From Desulfosudis oleivorans (lineage in GTDB: Bacteria; Desulfobacterota; Desulfobacteria; Desulfobacterales; SURF-7): DNA of 64,000 nucleotides. The stretch spans positions 39,822 to 103,821 of the forward strand of contig DYJD01000003.1 of assembly GCA_020723325.1 (NCBI GenBank), in the 5' to 3' direction. Every line of letters starts with the position of its first letter. The stretch's first letter is position 1. Shown piece by piece: positions 33,366-41,970 of the stretch. A program made the position numbers and the translations under genes. The notes below the pieces were generated by a model, which saw only the letters and a program-made list of their open reading frames with translations, was not told the origin of the DNA and did no database searches.

Positions 33366-34415
33366 TTAACTTTCGTCCGGCAGCAAACCGTTGGTTTTCC
33401 AGAAGGCATGACTGAACAGATTCCCGGCCGGGGTCAGATTGTACAGGGCATCCGCGGCCATGAGCACCACGGCATTGGTCCAGGTGATTTTTTCTTCCGG
33501 CCAGATGACCATGTCCGGAAAGGTGAAGCCGCACCAGCAAGACCCGTCTTCATAACATTTATCCTGAATCCAACTGAACACAATGCTCGCCAGGCGGTAA
33601 TTGCCCATGGCCGCCAAGGCCAGGACGAATTCAGACGTTTCAGCGATGGTGATCCAAGGCTGGTCGGAAACACAGCGTACCCCCAGCCCGTCCACCACGA
33701 ATTTTTTCCAGTATTTGTCGATGCGTTTCTGGGCCTGCTCACCGCTGAGGGCCCCGCACAGGATGGGATAGAACCAGTCCATGGAAAAACGGGATTTGGT
33801 GACATTGAAAAGATGCGGCCGGCAGCGGATGGCTTCCCCCAGTTTCCCAAGGGCGGCTTCCCAATCCGGCTGGGCCAGGTTCAAAAGCCGGGCCAGGGCC
33901 AGGGCGCATTTGAGACTCATGTAAATGGAACTGGAACCGGTGAGCAGGGCCATGGGGTCCACTACCCCGGCCGGGCTCGTGGCCCAGTAAATTTCACCGC
34001 TGGGGGCTTGAAGACGCAAGGCATGCTGGATGGCCCGAAAGACCGTAGGCCACATTTGCTGCACAAACATGCGGTCATGGGTGATGAGATAGTGGTGGTA
34101 AACCCCCACGGCAATATAGGCAGTAAGGTTGGTGTCCACGGTTTTGTCTTCCGGCACTCCGTTTTTATAGGAGGAATACCAGCCGCCGTTGTCCAGTTGG
34201 TTGGCTGTCATCCATTGAAATCCCTGGCGGGCATTTTCCAGGTAACCGCCGATGGTGAGGCCCATAATGGATTCCACATGATCCCAAGGGTCGGTTTTGT
34301 CCCCGCGAAACCAGGGGATTTCACCGTTTTCAAACTGGGTTTTGGCAATCAGGGTCGCAACGGATTCAACATCAAGGGATAGACGCTGGGGGCTCTGGGA
34401 AATTTTAAAATCCAT
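33366..34415 (-). CDS. Prenyltransferase / squalene-oxidase-repeat-like (alpha/alpha)6 toroid protein
   Basis: Repeated aromatic/Gly motifs (QLDNGGWYSSY, QAPSGEIYWA, YEDGSCWCGF) typical of terpenoid-cyclase/prenyltransferase-type toroids. Function is uncertain. Confidence 0.55.
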   Translation of the reverse strand: MDFKISQSPQRLSLDVESVATLIAKTQFENGEIPWFRGDKTDPWDHVESIMGLTIGGYLENARQGFQWMTANQLDNGGWYSSYKNGVPEDKTVDTNLTAYIAVGVYHHYLITHDRMFVQQMWPTVFRAIQHALRLQAPSGEIYWATSPAGVVDPMALLTGSSSIYMSLKCALALARLLNLAQPDWEAALGKLGEAIRCRPHLFNVTKSRFSMDWFYPILCGALSGEQAQKRIDKYWKKFVVDGLGVRCVSDQPWITIAETSEFVLALAAMGNYRLASIVFSWIQDKCYEDGSCWCGFTFPDMVIWPEEKITWTNAVVLMAADALYNLTPAGNLFSHAFWKTNGLLPDES

Positions 34416-34572
34416 TATTTTACTGCCTTTCTCATCTGCTTGACCGGTCTTACACCCAAACGAAGCTTTATAAAGTCATCCTCTTTATCAAACTTGGGGC
34501 GAGTTGGCAAGAGGGGTATAAATCGAGTTCAGTAAATGAATATTTGGGAGTATGGTTCAGGAATGGGGGGCC

Positions 34573-34647
34573 GAACGCGGAACGCGGAACTCGAAACGTG
34601 GAATATTGAAGCGAAGTTGGTGGCGGGGATGATATCGGTATCGGGGG
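34573..34647. repeat. GAACGCG heptamer block plus a short GGTATC-family fragment
   Basis: GAACGCGGAACGCGGAACTCGAAACGTGGAA, followed by GATATCGGTATCGGGGGC. Confidence 0.5.
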
Positions 34648-34826
34648 CATCGCGCCGGGCCGGGCTTGGTGGGTAATTGCCGTTTCCACCTGAAATCCCG
34701 GAAGGGCATGCGATTCCATTGCTGCTTTGATTTGACGCACTTGACTTAGATCAATGTCTTCGGGCTTGGAAAAGGGTACGCTCCAATCATAATCGAAGCA
34801 ACCTGGATGAAAGGGGGATGGAAAAA

Positions 34827-34997
34827 ATGAAAACACTGTCGGAACTCAAACAAAGACTTATGGAGTTGGAAGCCGAGATTGCTGAAACCAAACGGCGGTT
34901 GCCGGCCCATTCGGTCAAGCCGCCGGTCATGATGGATCTGCTTGCCCTGGAAGACGAATATGATATGGTTTCAAAGCAGATCAAAGGGCTGAGGTGA
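34827..34997 (+). CDS. Small coiled-coil protein (56 aa), below the ORF-track cutoff
   Basis: ATG behind GGGGGATGGAAAAA. MKTLSELKQRLMELEAEIAETKRRLPAHSVKPPVMMDLLALEDEYDMVSKQIKGLR*. I remember the PAHSVKPP-type motif from small conserved proteins of anaerobes, but this is unverified. Confidence 0.45.
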   Translation: MKTLSELKQRLMELEAEIAETKRRLPAHSVKPPVMMDLLALEDEYDMVSKQIKGLR

Positions 34998-35100
34998 GAA
35001 GTGCAAAAGGCGGCGGTTTTTGAAAAAACCTATGGAGTGCCTGGCCATTGCCGGTACCTTTTTGGCCGGAAAGCTCATTGGTTCATAACAGCTCAATACC

Positions 35101-35332
35101 GACCTTGATTAAAGTAGCAGCCTGTTGGAAATATCGAAATTCGAATATCGAAATACGAAACAAATTCGAATTACCAAAATTCAAATAAAACAAAAACACT
35201 GGCAAACAATTCAGCCATTGAGCCGCTGCTTCTTGTTTTGGTTATTTGATCATTGAAATTTTGAATTTGTTTCGAGTTTCGAGTTTCGGATTTCGATATT
35301 CGAATTTAATTGTTATGACCACTAAAAAAGCC
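35101..35332. repeat. AT-rich long-hairpin element, family 1, copy C (centre inverted relative to copies A and D)
   Basis: Arms GAAATATCGAAATTCGAATATCGAAATACGAAACAAATTCGAATTACC ... TTGAATTTGTTTCGAGTTTCGAGTTTCGGATTTCGATATTCGAATTT. The centre carries GCCATTGAG, the reverse complement of CTCAATGGC. Confidence 0.85.
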
Positions 35333-35339
35333 GCGTCTG

Positions 35340-37010
35340 TTATATCTGGCCGGCCAGGGATCTTTTCGCCGCAAGATAGGTCCGATAGCCACCACTCATG
35401 ACCCGGGCCGTGAACCCGTTCTGGGTCAGAATCCGGTAAGCCAGGTAGGCGCGCATGCCCACGGCGCAGAAAAGGATATACCGTTTGGTTTTATCCAGGA
35501 GGTCCAATTGCCCGCGCAAGCGGTCCACGGGAATATGCACGGCGCCCTGGACAGCCCCGAATTCCGTGATTTCCTTCTTGGTGCGCAGGTCCATGAGCAC
35601 ATCCTGTTCAGGGTCCAGGCCGGCCAGGTCCTGCCAGTCGATTTTTTCCATATCGCCTTTCAGGATATTGGCAGCCACAAAGCCGGCCATGTTCACCGGG
35701 TCCTTGGCCGAGGAATAGGGCGGCGCATAGGCCAATTCCAGTTCCTCCAGGTCGAACACCGTAAGGCCCCCCCGGATGGCTGTGGCCAGCACGTCCATGC
35801 GTTTGTCCACACCGGCCGGGCCCACGATCTGGGCGCCCAGCAGTTTTCCGGTGCCGGGGGTGAAAAGCAGTTTAATAGCCATGGGAAAGGCCCCTGGATA
35901 ATACAAGGCATGGGAGCCGGAATGGGTATAGCTGGCGATGTAAGGCCGGCCGGCATTCTTCAATGACTTCTCATTGGCGCCGGTGACGGCGGCGGTGAGT
36001 TCGAAGATTTTGACAATGGCGGTTCCCAGGGTGCCTTTGAAAGTGGCACGGCGGCCCAGGGCATTATCGGCGGCAATGCGGCCCTGTTTGTTGGCCGGCC
36101 CGGCCAGGGCCGTCAGGGTGGGTTGACCGAAGAGGAAATCCCGCACTTCCACGGCATCGCCCACGGCGTATATATGGGGGTCGCTGGTCTGCATGGCATC
36201 GTTGGTCTGAATGCCACCCCGTTTGCCCAGGGTCAGCCCGGCTTTTTGGGCAAGCGCGTTCTCCGGTTTGATGCCGATGGACAAAATGACCAGGTCGCAC
36301 TCGATCTGCTTGCCCTTGGCTGTGGAAACCAGGAGTCGGCCGGCTTTTTCCTCAAAAGCGCGCACACCGTTGTCCAGTTCGCAGCCCACTCCTTTTTCCT
36401 GTAAATGCAGTTGCACCTGGGCGGCCATTTCCGGATCCAGGGGGGCCATAAGCTGATCCAGCATCTCCACAATGGTGACCTTGACTCCCCGTTGGACCAG
36501 GTTTTCGGCCATTTCCAGACCGATGAACCCCCCGCCCACAATCACGGCCGCTTGGGGGTGGTGGGTATCCACATGGGCTTTGATGCGGTCCGCGTCCGGG
36601 ATGTTGCGCAGGCTGAAAATCCGAGGGTTGTCAATGCCCGGCAGGGGCGGCCGTACCGGTTCAGCCCCTGGGGAAAGAATCAGCTTGTCATAGGATTCAT
36701 AATAGATTTCACCGGTAGCCAGGTTCTTGACTTGGACGCGTTTTGCCGCTGGTTCCACAGCCATTATCTCGGAACGGGTTCGAATATCCAGGCGATAGCG
36801 CAATCCAAAGGCTTCCGGGGTGGTGAGCAGCAAATCATCCCTATCTTTGATGGTGGCGCCGATATAATAGGGCAGGCCGCAGTTTGCAAAGGAAATATGC
36901 TCGCCCCGTTCAAACAGAATAATCTCGGCAAATTCATCCAGTCTGCGCGCGCGGGCGGCGGCGGTGGCCCCGCCGGCCACCCCGCCGACGATCACAAGCC
37001 TCAGGGGCAT
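35340..37010 (-). CDS. CoA-disulfide-reductase / NADH-oxidase-family flavoprotein with a C-terminal rhodanese domain
   Basis: IVGGVAGGATAA FAD motif, redox Cys in SFANCGLPYY, GGGFIGLE NAD(P) motif and rhodanese active-site loop ILFCAVGMRA. Confidence 0.85.
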   Translation of the reverse strand: MPLRLVIVGGVAGGATAAARARRLDEFAEIILFERGEHISFANCGLPYYIGATIKDRDDLLLTTPEAFGLRYRLDIRTRSEIMAVEPAAKRVQVKNLATGEIYYESYDKLILSPGAEPVRPPLPGIDNPRIFSLRNIPDADRIKAHVDTHHPQAAVIVGGGFIGLEMAENLVQRGVKVTIVEMLDQLMAPLDPEMAAQVQLHLQEKGVGCELDNGVRAFEEKAGRLLVSTAKGKQIECDLVILSIGIKPENALAQKAGLTLGKRGGIQTNDAMQTSDPHIYAVGDAVEVRDFLFGQPTLTALAGPANKQGRIAADNALGRRATFKGTLGTAIVKIFELTAAVTGANEKSLKNAGRPYIASYTHSGSHALYYPGAFPMAIKLLFTPGTGKLLGAQIVGPAGVDKRMDVLATAIRGGLTVFDLEELELAYAPPYSSAKDPVNMAGFVAANILKGDMEKIDWQDLAGLDPEQDVLMDLRTKKEITEFGAVQGAVHIPVDRLRGQLDLLDKTKRYILFCAVGMRAYLAYRILTQNGFTARVMSGGYRTYLAAKRSLAGQI

Positions 37011-37032
37011 ATCTCTGGTCTCCTCATCATAG

Positions 37033-37149
37033 CTACATGGGCAACAATTCGTCGCCGATCAGTCTGCAAGTGGACATCAAACGCAGAACCGCTTCCAGTT
37101 CTTCGCGGATCTCATCAAAATCTCTAATGATCATACAGTATTGTTTCAT
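37033..37149 (-). CDS. Very small ORF (38 aa) with a strong SD upstream of the CoADR-rhodanese gene
   Basis: AAAAGGAGGTTCATCATG. MKQYCMIIRDFDEIREELEAVLRLMSTCRLIGDELLPM*. It ends 22 nt before the next start. Confidence 0.35.
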   Translation of the reverse strand: MKQYCMIIRDFDEIREELEAVLRLMSTCRLIGDELLPM

Positions 37150-37301
37150 GATGAACCTCCTTTTGCATCGGTTTTTTTCATCACTACAAGCGCAACATAA
37201 TACCCCTTGCCCAAAAATCAAGTTTTCGGTGAAATTGACTTTAACCTATAAACGATATACAGATGCGCAGATCGGAGCATCGCATTCCGGCAGGAAAAAC
37301 C

Positions 37302-37380
37302 GGCCTTGATCATCGTTTCGTCCGTATCGCGGCTGGAAGCCGCTCCCACTACAGAGGATGGCCGAAACGATGACCAAGGC
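37302..37380. repeat. 80-bp REP element, family 2, copy 1 (family 1-type termini plus a GTGGGAGCGGCTTCCAGC core)
   Basis: GGCCTTGATCATCGTTTCG-TCCGT-ATCGCGGCTGGAAGCCGCTCCCAC-TACAGAGGAT-GGCCGAAACGATGACCAAGGC. Confidence 0.8.
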
Positions 37381-37411
37381 TGAAAAACCATTATTTCAAG
37401 AAGGGGCCATC

Positions 37412-38638
37412 ATGCAGGATAGCTTGAAGGACAAGCAAATCGTTCTGGGGGTCTGCGGTGGCATCGCGGCGTATAAGAGTGTGGAACTGCTGCGCATGCT
37501 GGTGAAGCAAGGGGCCGAAGTGCGGGTGCTCATGACCCGCAACGCCCAGTCCTTTGTGGGCCCCCTCACCTTTGAAGCCCTATCCGGCCGGCCCGTGGGC
37601 CGCGACCTGTTCGATGATGCGGCCCAGGGTTCCATCCGGCACATTGAATGGGCCCGCAACGCCCATGCGGTGATCATTGCCCCGGCCACGGCCAATATGA
37701 TCGGCAAACTGGCCGGCGGCATTGCCGACGACGCCCTGAGCACCTTCCTGCTGGCGGTTACAGCCCCCAGGTTGATCTGTCCGTCCATGAACACCCATAT
37801 GTATGAAAACATGGCCGTGCAACGTAACCTGGATCAGTTGGAAGCGGACGGCTATCATATCATTGAACCTGCGGCCGGTGAACTGGCCTGCGGCGAAACC
37901 GGTCCCGGCCGACTTGCGGAACCCGCCTATATTGTGGACCGACTGTTTCACCATCTTTGTAAAAAAGACTGGAGCGGAATCCGGGTTCTGGTTACGGCCG
38001 GTCCAACCCGGGAAGCCATTGATCCGGTGCGTTATATCAGCAATCATTCCTCGGGCAAAATGGGCTACGCCGTGGCCCGGGCCGCGGAATACCGCGGGGC
38101 GGAAGTGACCCTGGTCTCCGGCCCCACCCGGCTTGCTCCGCCCTTTGGGGTCAAGACCGTGGATGTGGTTTCCGCCTGCGAGATGGCGGCGGCGGTGTTT
38201 GAACACGGGGCGGAAGCGGATCTGATCATCAAGGTGGCGGCGGTGGCCGATTACCGTCCCCAGACAGCGGCTGCCCATAAAATCAAGAAAAGCGCCGAGG
38301 AAATGAGCCTGCCCCTGGTGAAAAACATGGATATTCTTAAGGAACTGGGGGAACACAAGCGCGGCCGGGTGCTGGTGGGATTTGCGGCGGAAACCGATGA
38401 CCTCACGGAATACGCCCTGGCCAAGCTGAAAGCCAAACACCTTGACATGATCGTGGGCAATCTAGTGGGATCGCCCTCTTCGGGCTTCGGGGCCGACACC
38501 AATCAGGTAACCCTATACCATGCCGACGGCACCCAGGAAGCCCTGCCCAACATGGCCAAGGAGACCGTGGCCCATGTACTGCTGGATCGTATTCACACCC
38601 GTTTTTTTGCAAAAAAGGTGGACCATGACTCTTGCTGA
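37412..38638 (+). CDS. coaBC: Bifunctional phosphopantothenoylcysteine decarboxylase / synthetase
   Basis: GVCGGIAAYK, IAPATANMIGKLAGGIADD and ISNHSSGKMG. The start is set at ATG 37412 because the upstream ATG 37358 lies inside the REP element. Confidence 0.9.
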   Translation: MQDSLKDKQIVLGVCGGIAAYKSVELLRMLVKQGAEVRVLMTRNAQSFVGPLTFEALSGRPVGRDLFDDAAQGSIRHIEWARNAHAVIIAPATANMIGKLAGGIADDALSTFLLAVTAPRLICPSMNTHMYENMAVQRNLDQLEADGYHIIEPAAGELACGETGPGRLAEPAYIVDRLFHHLCKKDWSGIRVLVTAGPTREAIDPVRYISNHSSGKMGYAVARAAEYRGAEVTLVSGPTRLAPPFGVKTVDVVSACEMAAAVFEHGAEADLIIKVAAVADYRPQTAAAHKIKKSAEEMSLPLVKNMDILKELGEHKRGRVLVGFAAETDDLTEYALAKLKAKHLDMIVGNLVGSPSSGFGADTNQVTLYHADGTQEALPNMAKETVAHVLLDRIHTRFFAKKVDHDSC

Positions 38639-39344
38639 AGAAAAGCTGCTGGGGGTCCTGGATCAGGTAAAAGCCTACCTGTATGATCTTAAAGAGGCGG
38701 GTTGCAGCGGTCTGGATTGCAGCCCGGCAGTGCTGGAAAAAATGAAAGCCTGGGGCCGGCCCCCGGCCCTGCCCAGGGAAAGCCTTGAAGCCATCCGCCA
38801 GGACCTGGGCAACTGCCGGCGCTGCCGGTTGTGCGGCGGCCGCAGACAGATTGTTTTTGGCGCAGGCCCCCCGGGGGCTAAGCTGGTGATAGTGGGCCAA
38901 GCACCCGGTCTTGAAGAGGATGAGCATGGCGAACCCTTTGTGGGGCCCGGCGGTGAATTGCTGACCAACATTCTCAAGGCCATTTCCTTGACCCGGGCCG
39001 AGGTTTACCTCTGCCATGTGGTCAAATGCCGGCCTTTGGAAGACCGGCGGCCGGCCGAGGAGGAGATCCGCACCTGCCTGCCTTTCTTGAAGCGTCAATT
39101 GCGGGCCATCGGTCCGGCCTTTATCTGTACCCTGGGCACGGTTGCCACCCGGGCCGTATTGTCCACCACCCAATCCATTGCCATGGTGCGCGGGCAACTC
39201 CGGCCCTTGGATGAGGCCCTGGTCATGCCCACCTATCATCCGGATTTTCTGCTTAAAAATCCGGAAAAAAAGCGGGAGGTTTGGGAAGACATGAAAGCCT
39301 TGGCCCAGGCCATGGGGTTGACCTTGGCAGCCCGTTCCAAATAG
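38625..39344 (+). CDS. Uracil-DNA glycosylase, family 4
   Basis: CRRCRLC...IVFGAGPPGAKLVIVGQAPGLEEDEHGEPFVGPGG...HPDFLLKNP. The start at ATG 38625 overlaps the coaBC end. Confidence 0.88.
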   Translation: MTLAEEKLLGVLDQVKAYLYDLKEAGCSGLDCSPAVLEKMKAWGRPPALPRESLEAIRQDLGNCRRCRLCGGRRQIVFGAGPPGAKLVIVGQAPGLEEDEHGEPFVGPGGELLTNILKAISLTRAEVYLCHVVKCRPLEDRRPAEEEIRTCLPFLKRQLRAIGPAFICTLGTVATRAVLSTTQSIAMVRGQLRPLDEALVMPTYHPDFLLKNPEKKREVWEDMKALAQAMGLTLAARSK

Positions 39345-39422
39345 GAGAGCTTCCAATTAATTATTGACTTTTTCAAGTCCGGCGGTTTACATAACTACAT
39401 TTTAAATTTATCGTTTTGCGGA

Positions 39423-39458
39423 CAGCGGAAGTTCAGCAGCTTCCGCTGATACTTTTTT
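39423..39458 (+). terminator. Rho-independent terminator candidate
   Basis: CAGCGGAAG-TTCAGCAG-CTTCCGCTG, followed by ATACTTTTTTT. Confidence 0.6.
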
Positions 39459-39514
39459 TATCTGTTTTAACAAGCTTTCAGAAGATTCGCATTCAGGAAA
39501 GGAGCAAGGTTGTT

Positions 39515-39838
39515 ATGGCGGAAGAGAAAAAGGCCAAAGAGAAACCATATGAAAAGATGACTGCCAAGGAACTCCGGGAAGTGGCCTTGGGATTGCCCGG
39601 GATCGCCGGTGTGCATGGGATGAACAAGGACGAATTGGTCAGCGCCATTAAAAAGGCCAAGGGAATCAAGGAAGAAGAAGGGGCTAAAAAAGACTCTTCC
39701 GTGCGGGAATTGAAACAAAAAATCAAGCTGCTGAAAACCAAGCGCAACGGCGCTCTTACGGCGGATGATGCCAAACAGGCCACCACCCTGAGACGCCGCA
39801 TCAGCCGTCTGAAGAAAAGATGCCGGCGGGCAGCCTAA
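39515..39838 (+). CDS. Small basic protein with a Rho-N/SAP-like helix-extended-helix motif
   Basis: ATG 39515 lies behind AGGAAAGGAG. MTAKELREVALGLPGIAGVHGMNKDELVSAIKKAKG, followed by a Lys/Arg-rich tail. Confidence 0.6.
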   Translation: MAEEKKAKEKPYEKMTAKELREVALGLPGIAGVHGMNKDELVSAIKKAKGIKEEEGAKKDSSVRELKQKIKLLKTKRNGALTADDAKQATTLRRRISRLKKRCRRAA

Positions 39839-39851
39839 TGTATTTGCGCCC

Positions 39852-40487
39852 ATGAGCCCGGCTTTTATAGATAACACGCTGGATACGGGTGGGCCGGCAA
39901 AGGGCGGGACAGCACGGATCCGTCCGGGCAGGATCGCTTTTGATATCGACGGGGTCGTGGCCGATACCATGTCCCTTTTCATCGACATTGCCCGGACGGA
40001 ATATCGCATCGACTGGATCCAATACGAGGATATCACCAGCTATAAGCTGGAAGATGCGGTGGGCATTGAGGAATCCATCATCAGCGCCATTATTCGCAAA
40101 CTGCTGGATGGCGATTATCATACCCCCTTGCGGCCCATCAGCGGGGCGCCGGAAGTGCTTTCGCGTTTGGCCCGCGCCCGGACCCCGGTGCTGTTTGTCA
40201 CTGCCCGGCCCTATCTGGGGCCGATTGAGACCTGGCTGGCGGAAACCGTTCCCCTGGATGCGGCCTTTATGGAAGTGGTCGCCACCGGTTCCTTTGACGC
40301 CAAAACCGAGGTGCTGTTGGAAAGGGGCATCACCCATTTTGTGGAAGACCGGCTGGAAACCTGTTACGGGCTGGAGGCGGCGGGCATCACGCCCATCCTG
40401 TTCAAGCAGCCCTGGAACCGGCGCCGGCACAATTTCACGGAAGTCGGGTCGTGGCGTGAGCTGGAAACCCTGATTGAATTTGAATGA
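39852..40487 (+). CDS. HAD-superfamily 5'(3')-deoxyribonucleotidase-like hydrolase
   Basis: RIAFDIDGVVADT (DxDxV/T motif I), ...FVTARP..., ...FVEDR. Confidence 0.65.
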   Translation: MSPAFIDNTLDTGGPAKGGTARIRPGRIAFDIDGVVADTMSLFIDIARTEYRIDWIQYEDITSYKLEDAVGIEESIISAIIRKLLDGDYHTPLRPISGAPEVLSRLARARTPVLFVTARPYLGPIETWLAETVPLDAAFMEVVATGSFDAKTEVLLERGITHFVEDRLETCYGLEAAGITPILFKQPWNRRRHNFTEVGSWRELETLIEFE

Positions 40488-41416
40488 CGTCGCCAACCGT
40501 CAAAGCATTGATCGCGCTGTTCATTGAAGCCCTGGCATCGGAAAAGGGCTATAGCGCCAACACCGGTCGCGCCTATGCCGTGGATTTGGCCGAATTTCTC
40601 GCATTTCTCAGTCACGGCGGCCGGGAAGAGCAGGCGGAACGTGAGGAACAACTGCAGCCGGAAGAAATCGATGCCTTGCAGATTCGCGCGTTTCTCGGTT
40701 TTCTGTATAAAAAGGGCCATCGGAAATCATCCATCGGCCGGAAACTGTCGGCCCTGCGCTCCTTTTTCAGGTTTCTGATGAAATTGAATGTACTGGAGCG
40801 CAACCCGGCCGAAGAGCTCATGACTCCCAAGCAGGAAAAGCCGATTCCCGCCTTTTTGAGCGTGGATGACATGTTTCGCCTGCTGGATTCCATGGAGACC
40901 GAAACCCTGGCCGGCAAGCGCAACCGGGCCATTTTCGAAACCATGTATTCCAGCGGCATCCGGGTTTCGGAATTGACCGGCTTGAATATGGCGGACATTG
41001 ATGGGCAGCGTCTGACCCTGCGGGTGAAGGGCAAGGGCAACAAGCAGCGCCTGGTACCCATGGGCCGCAAGGCTTGGGAAGCAATCGAGGGTTATCTCCT
41101 TCAATTGCGGCTGGAAACCGGTTATTCGCCGGAGGGGCAGGAGCCGGTATTTGTCAACCGGCAAAAGGGGCGGCTCACCACCCGCTCGGTGCAGCGCATC
41201 TTGGAAAAAATGGTGGCCCTTTGCGGGCTGCCGGTGCCGATTTCGCCCCACGGCTTGCGGCATACCTTTGCCACCCATATGCTGGATGCCGGGGCGGACC
41301 TGCGGGTGGTGCAGGAATTGTTGGGGCATCGAAGTCTTTCGACCACCCAGAAATACACCCATGTGACCATGGCCAAATTGATGGAAACCTATGATCGCGC
41401 CCATCCGCGGAAGTAA
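40484..41416 (+). CDS. xerC: Tyrosine recombinase XerC
   Basis: Core-binding domain, then [20 protein letters not shown] and [16 protein letters not shown]. It sits in the conserved xerC-hslVU context. Confidence 0.88.
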   Translation: MTSPTVKALIALFIEALASEKGYSANTGRAYAVDLAEFLAFLSHGGREEQAEREEQLQPEEIDALQIRAFLGFLYKKGHRKSSIGRKLSALRSFFRFLMKLNVLERNPAEELMTPKQEKPIPAFLSVDDMFRLLDSMETETLAGKRNRAIFETMYSSGIRVSELTGLNMADIDGQRLTLRVKGKGNKQRLVPMGRKAWEAIEGYLLQLRLETGYSPEGQEPVFVNRQKGRLTTRSVQRILEKMVALCGLPVPISPHGLRHTFATHMLDAGADLRVVQELLGHRSLSTTQKYTHVTMAKLMETYDRAHPRK

Positions 41417-41418
41417 AA

Positions 41419-41961
41419 GTGAAGGACATGACGAGTTTTCACGGCACAACGGTTTTAGCGGTAAGACGGAACGGGAAAACAGTCCTGGCCGGCGACGGTC
41501 AGGTCACCCTGGACAAGACCATTATCAAACACAAAGCCCGTAAAGTCCGGCGGATTTTCAACGACAAGATCATCGTGGGTTTTGCCGGCGCCACGGCCGA
41601 CGCCCTGAACCTGTTCGAACGTTTGGAAAAAAAACTGGAGCGCTACAACGGCAACCTTACCCGGGCCGCGGTGGAGCTGGCCGGGGACTGGCGCACGGAC
41701 AAGTATCTCAGGCGCCTGGAGGCCATCCTGATCGCGGCGGATGCGGCCCAGATGTTTTTGATTTCCGGCAACGGCGACGTGATTGAACCGGACGAGGGGT
41801 ATATCGCCATCGGTTCCGGCAGCGTGGCGGCCCAGGCTGCGGCGGCGGCCTTGCTGGAGCATACGGACCTGTCCGCCCTGGAGATCGTTGAGACCGCCAT
41901 GAAGATCGCCGCCTCCTTGTGTATTTACACCAATGCGGCCGTCACCATTGAAACGATTTAA
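41419..41961 (+). CDS. hslV: ATP-dependent protease subunit HslV
   Basis: FHGTTVLAV (N-terminal Thr nucleophile), GFAGATADA. Confidence 0.92.
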   Translation: MKDMTSFHGTTVLAVRRNGKTVLAGDGQVTLDKTIIKHKARKVRRIFNDKIIVGFAGATADALNLFERLEKKLERYNGNLTRAAVELAGDWRTDKYLRRLEAILIAADAAQMFLISGNGDVIEPDEGYIAIGSGSVAAQAAAAALLEHTDLSALEIVETAMKIAASLCIYTNAAVTIETI

Positions 41962-41970
41962 GGAAAGCCC

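Noticed and set aside
34468-34836. 122-aa minus-strand ORF.
   Set aside because: Its C-terminal two-thirds are translations of the GAACGCG and GGTATC repeat blocks. Only the first ~50 residues look protein-like, and they overlap the start of the better-supported plus-strand small ORF.
37358-37411. Upstream ATG 37358 as the coaBC start.
   Set aside because: This ATG and the following codons are part of the REP terminus GGCCGAAACGATGACCAAGGC. ATG 37412 has a purine-rich SD and gives the usual CoaBC N-terminus.
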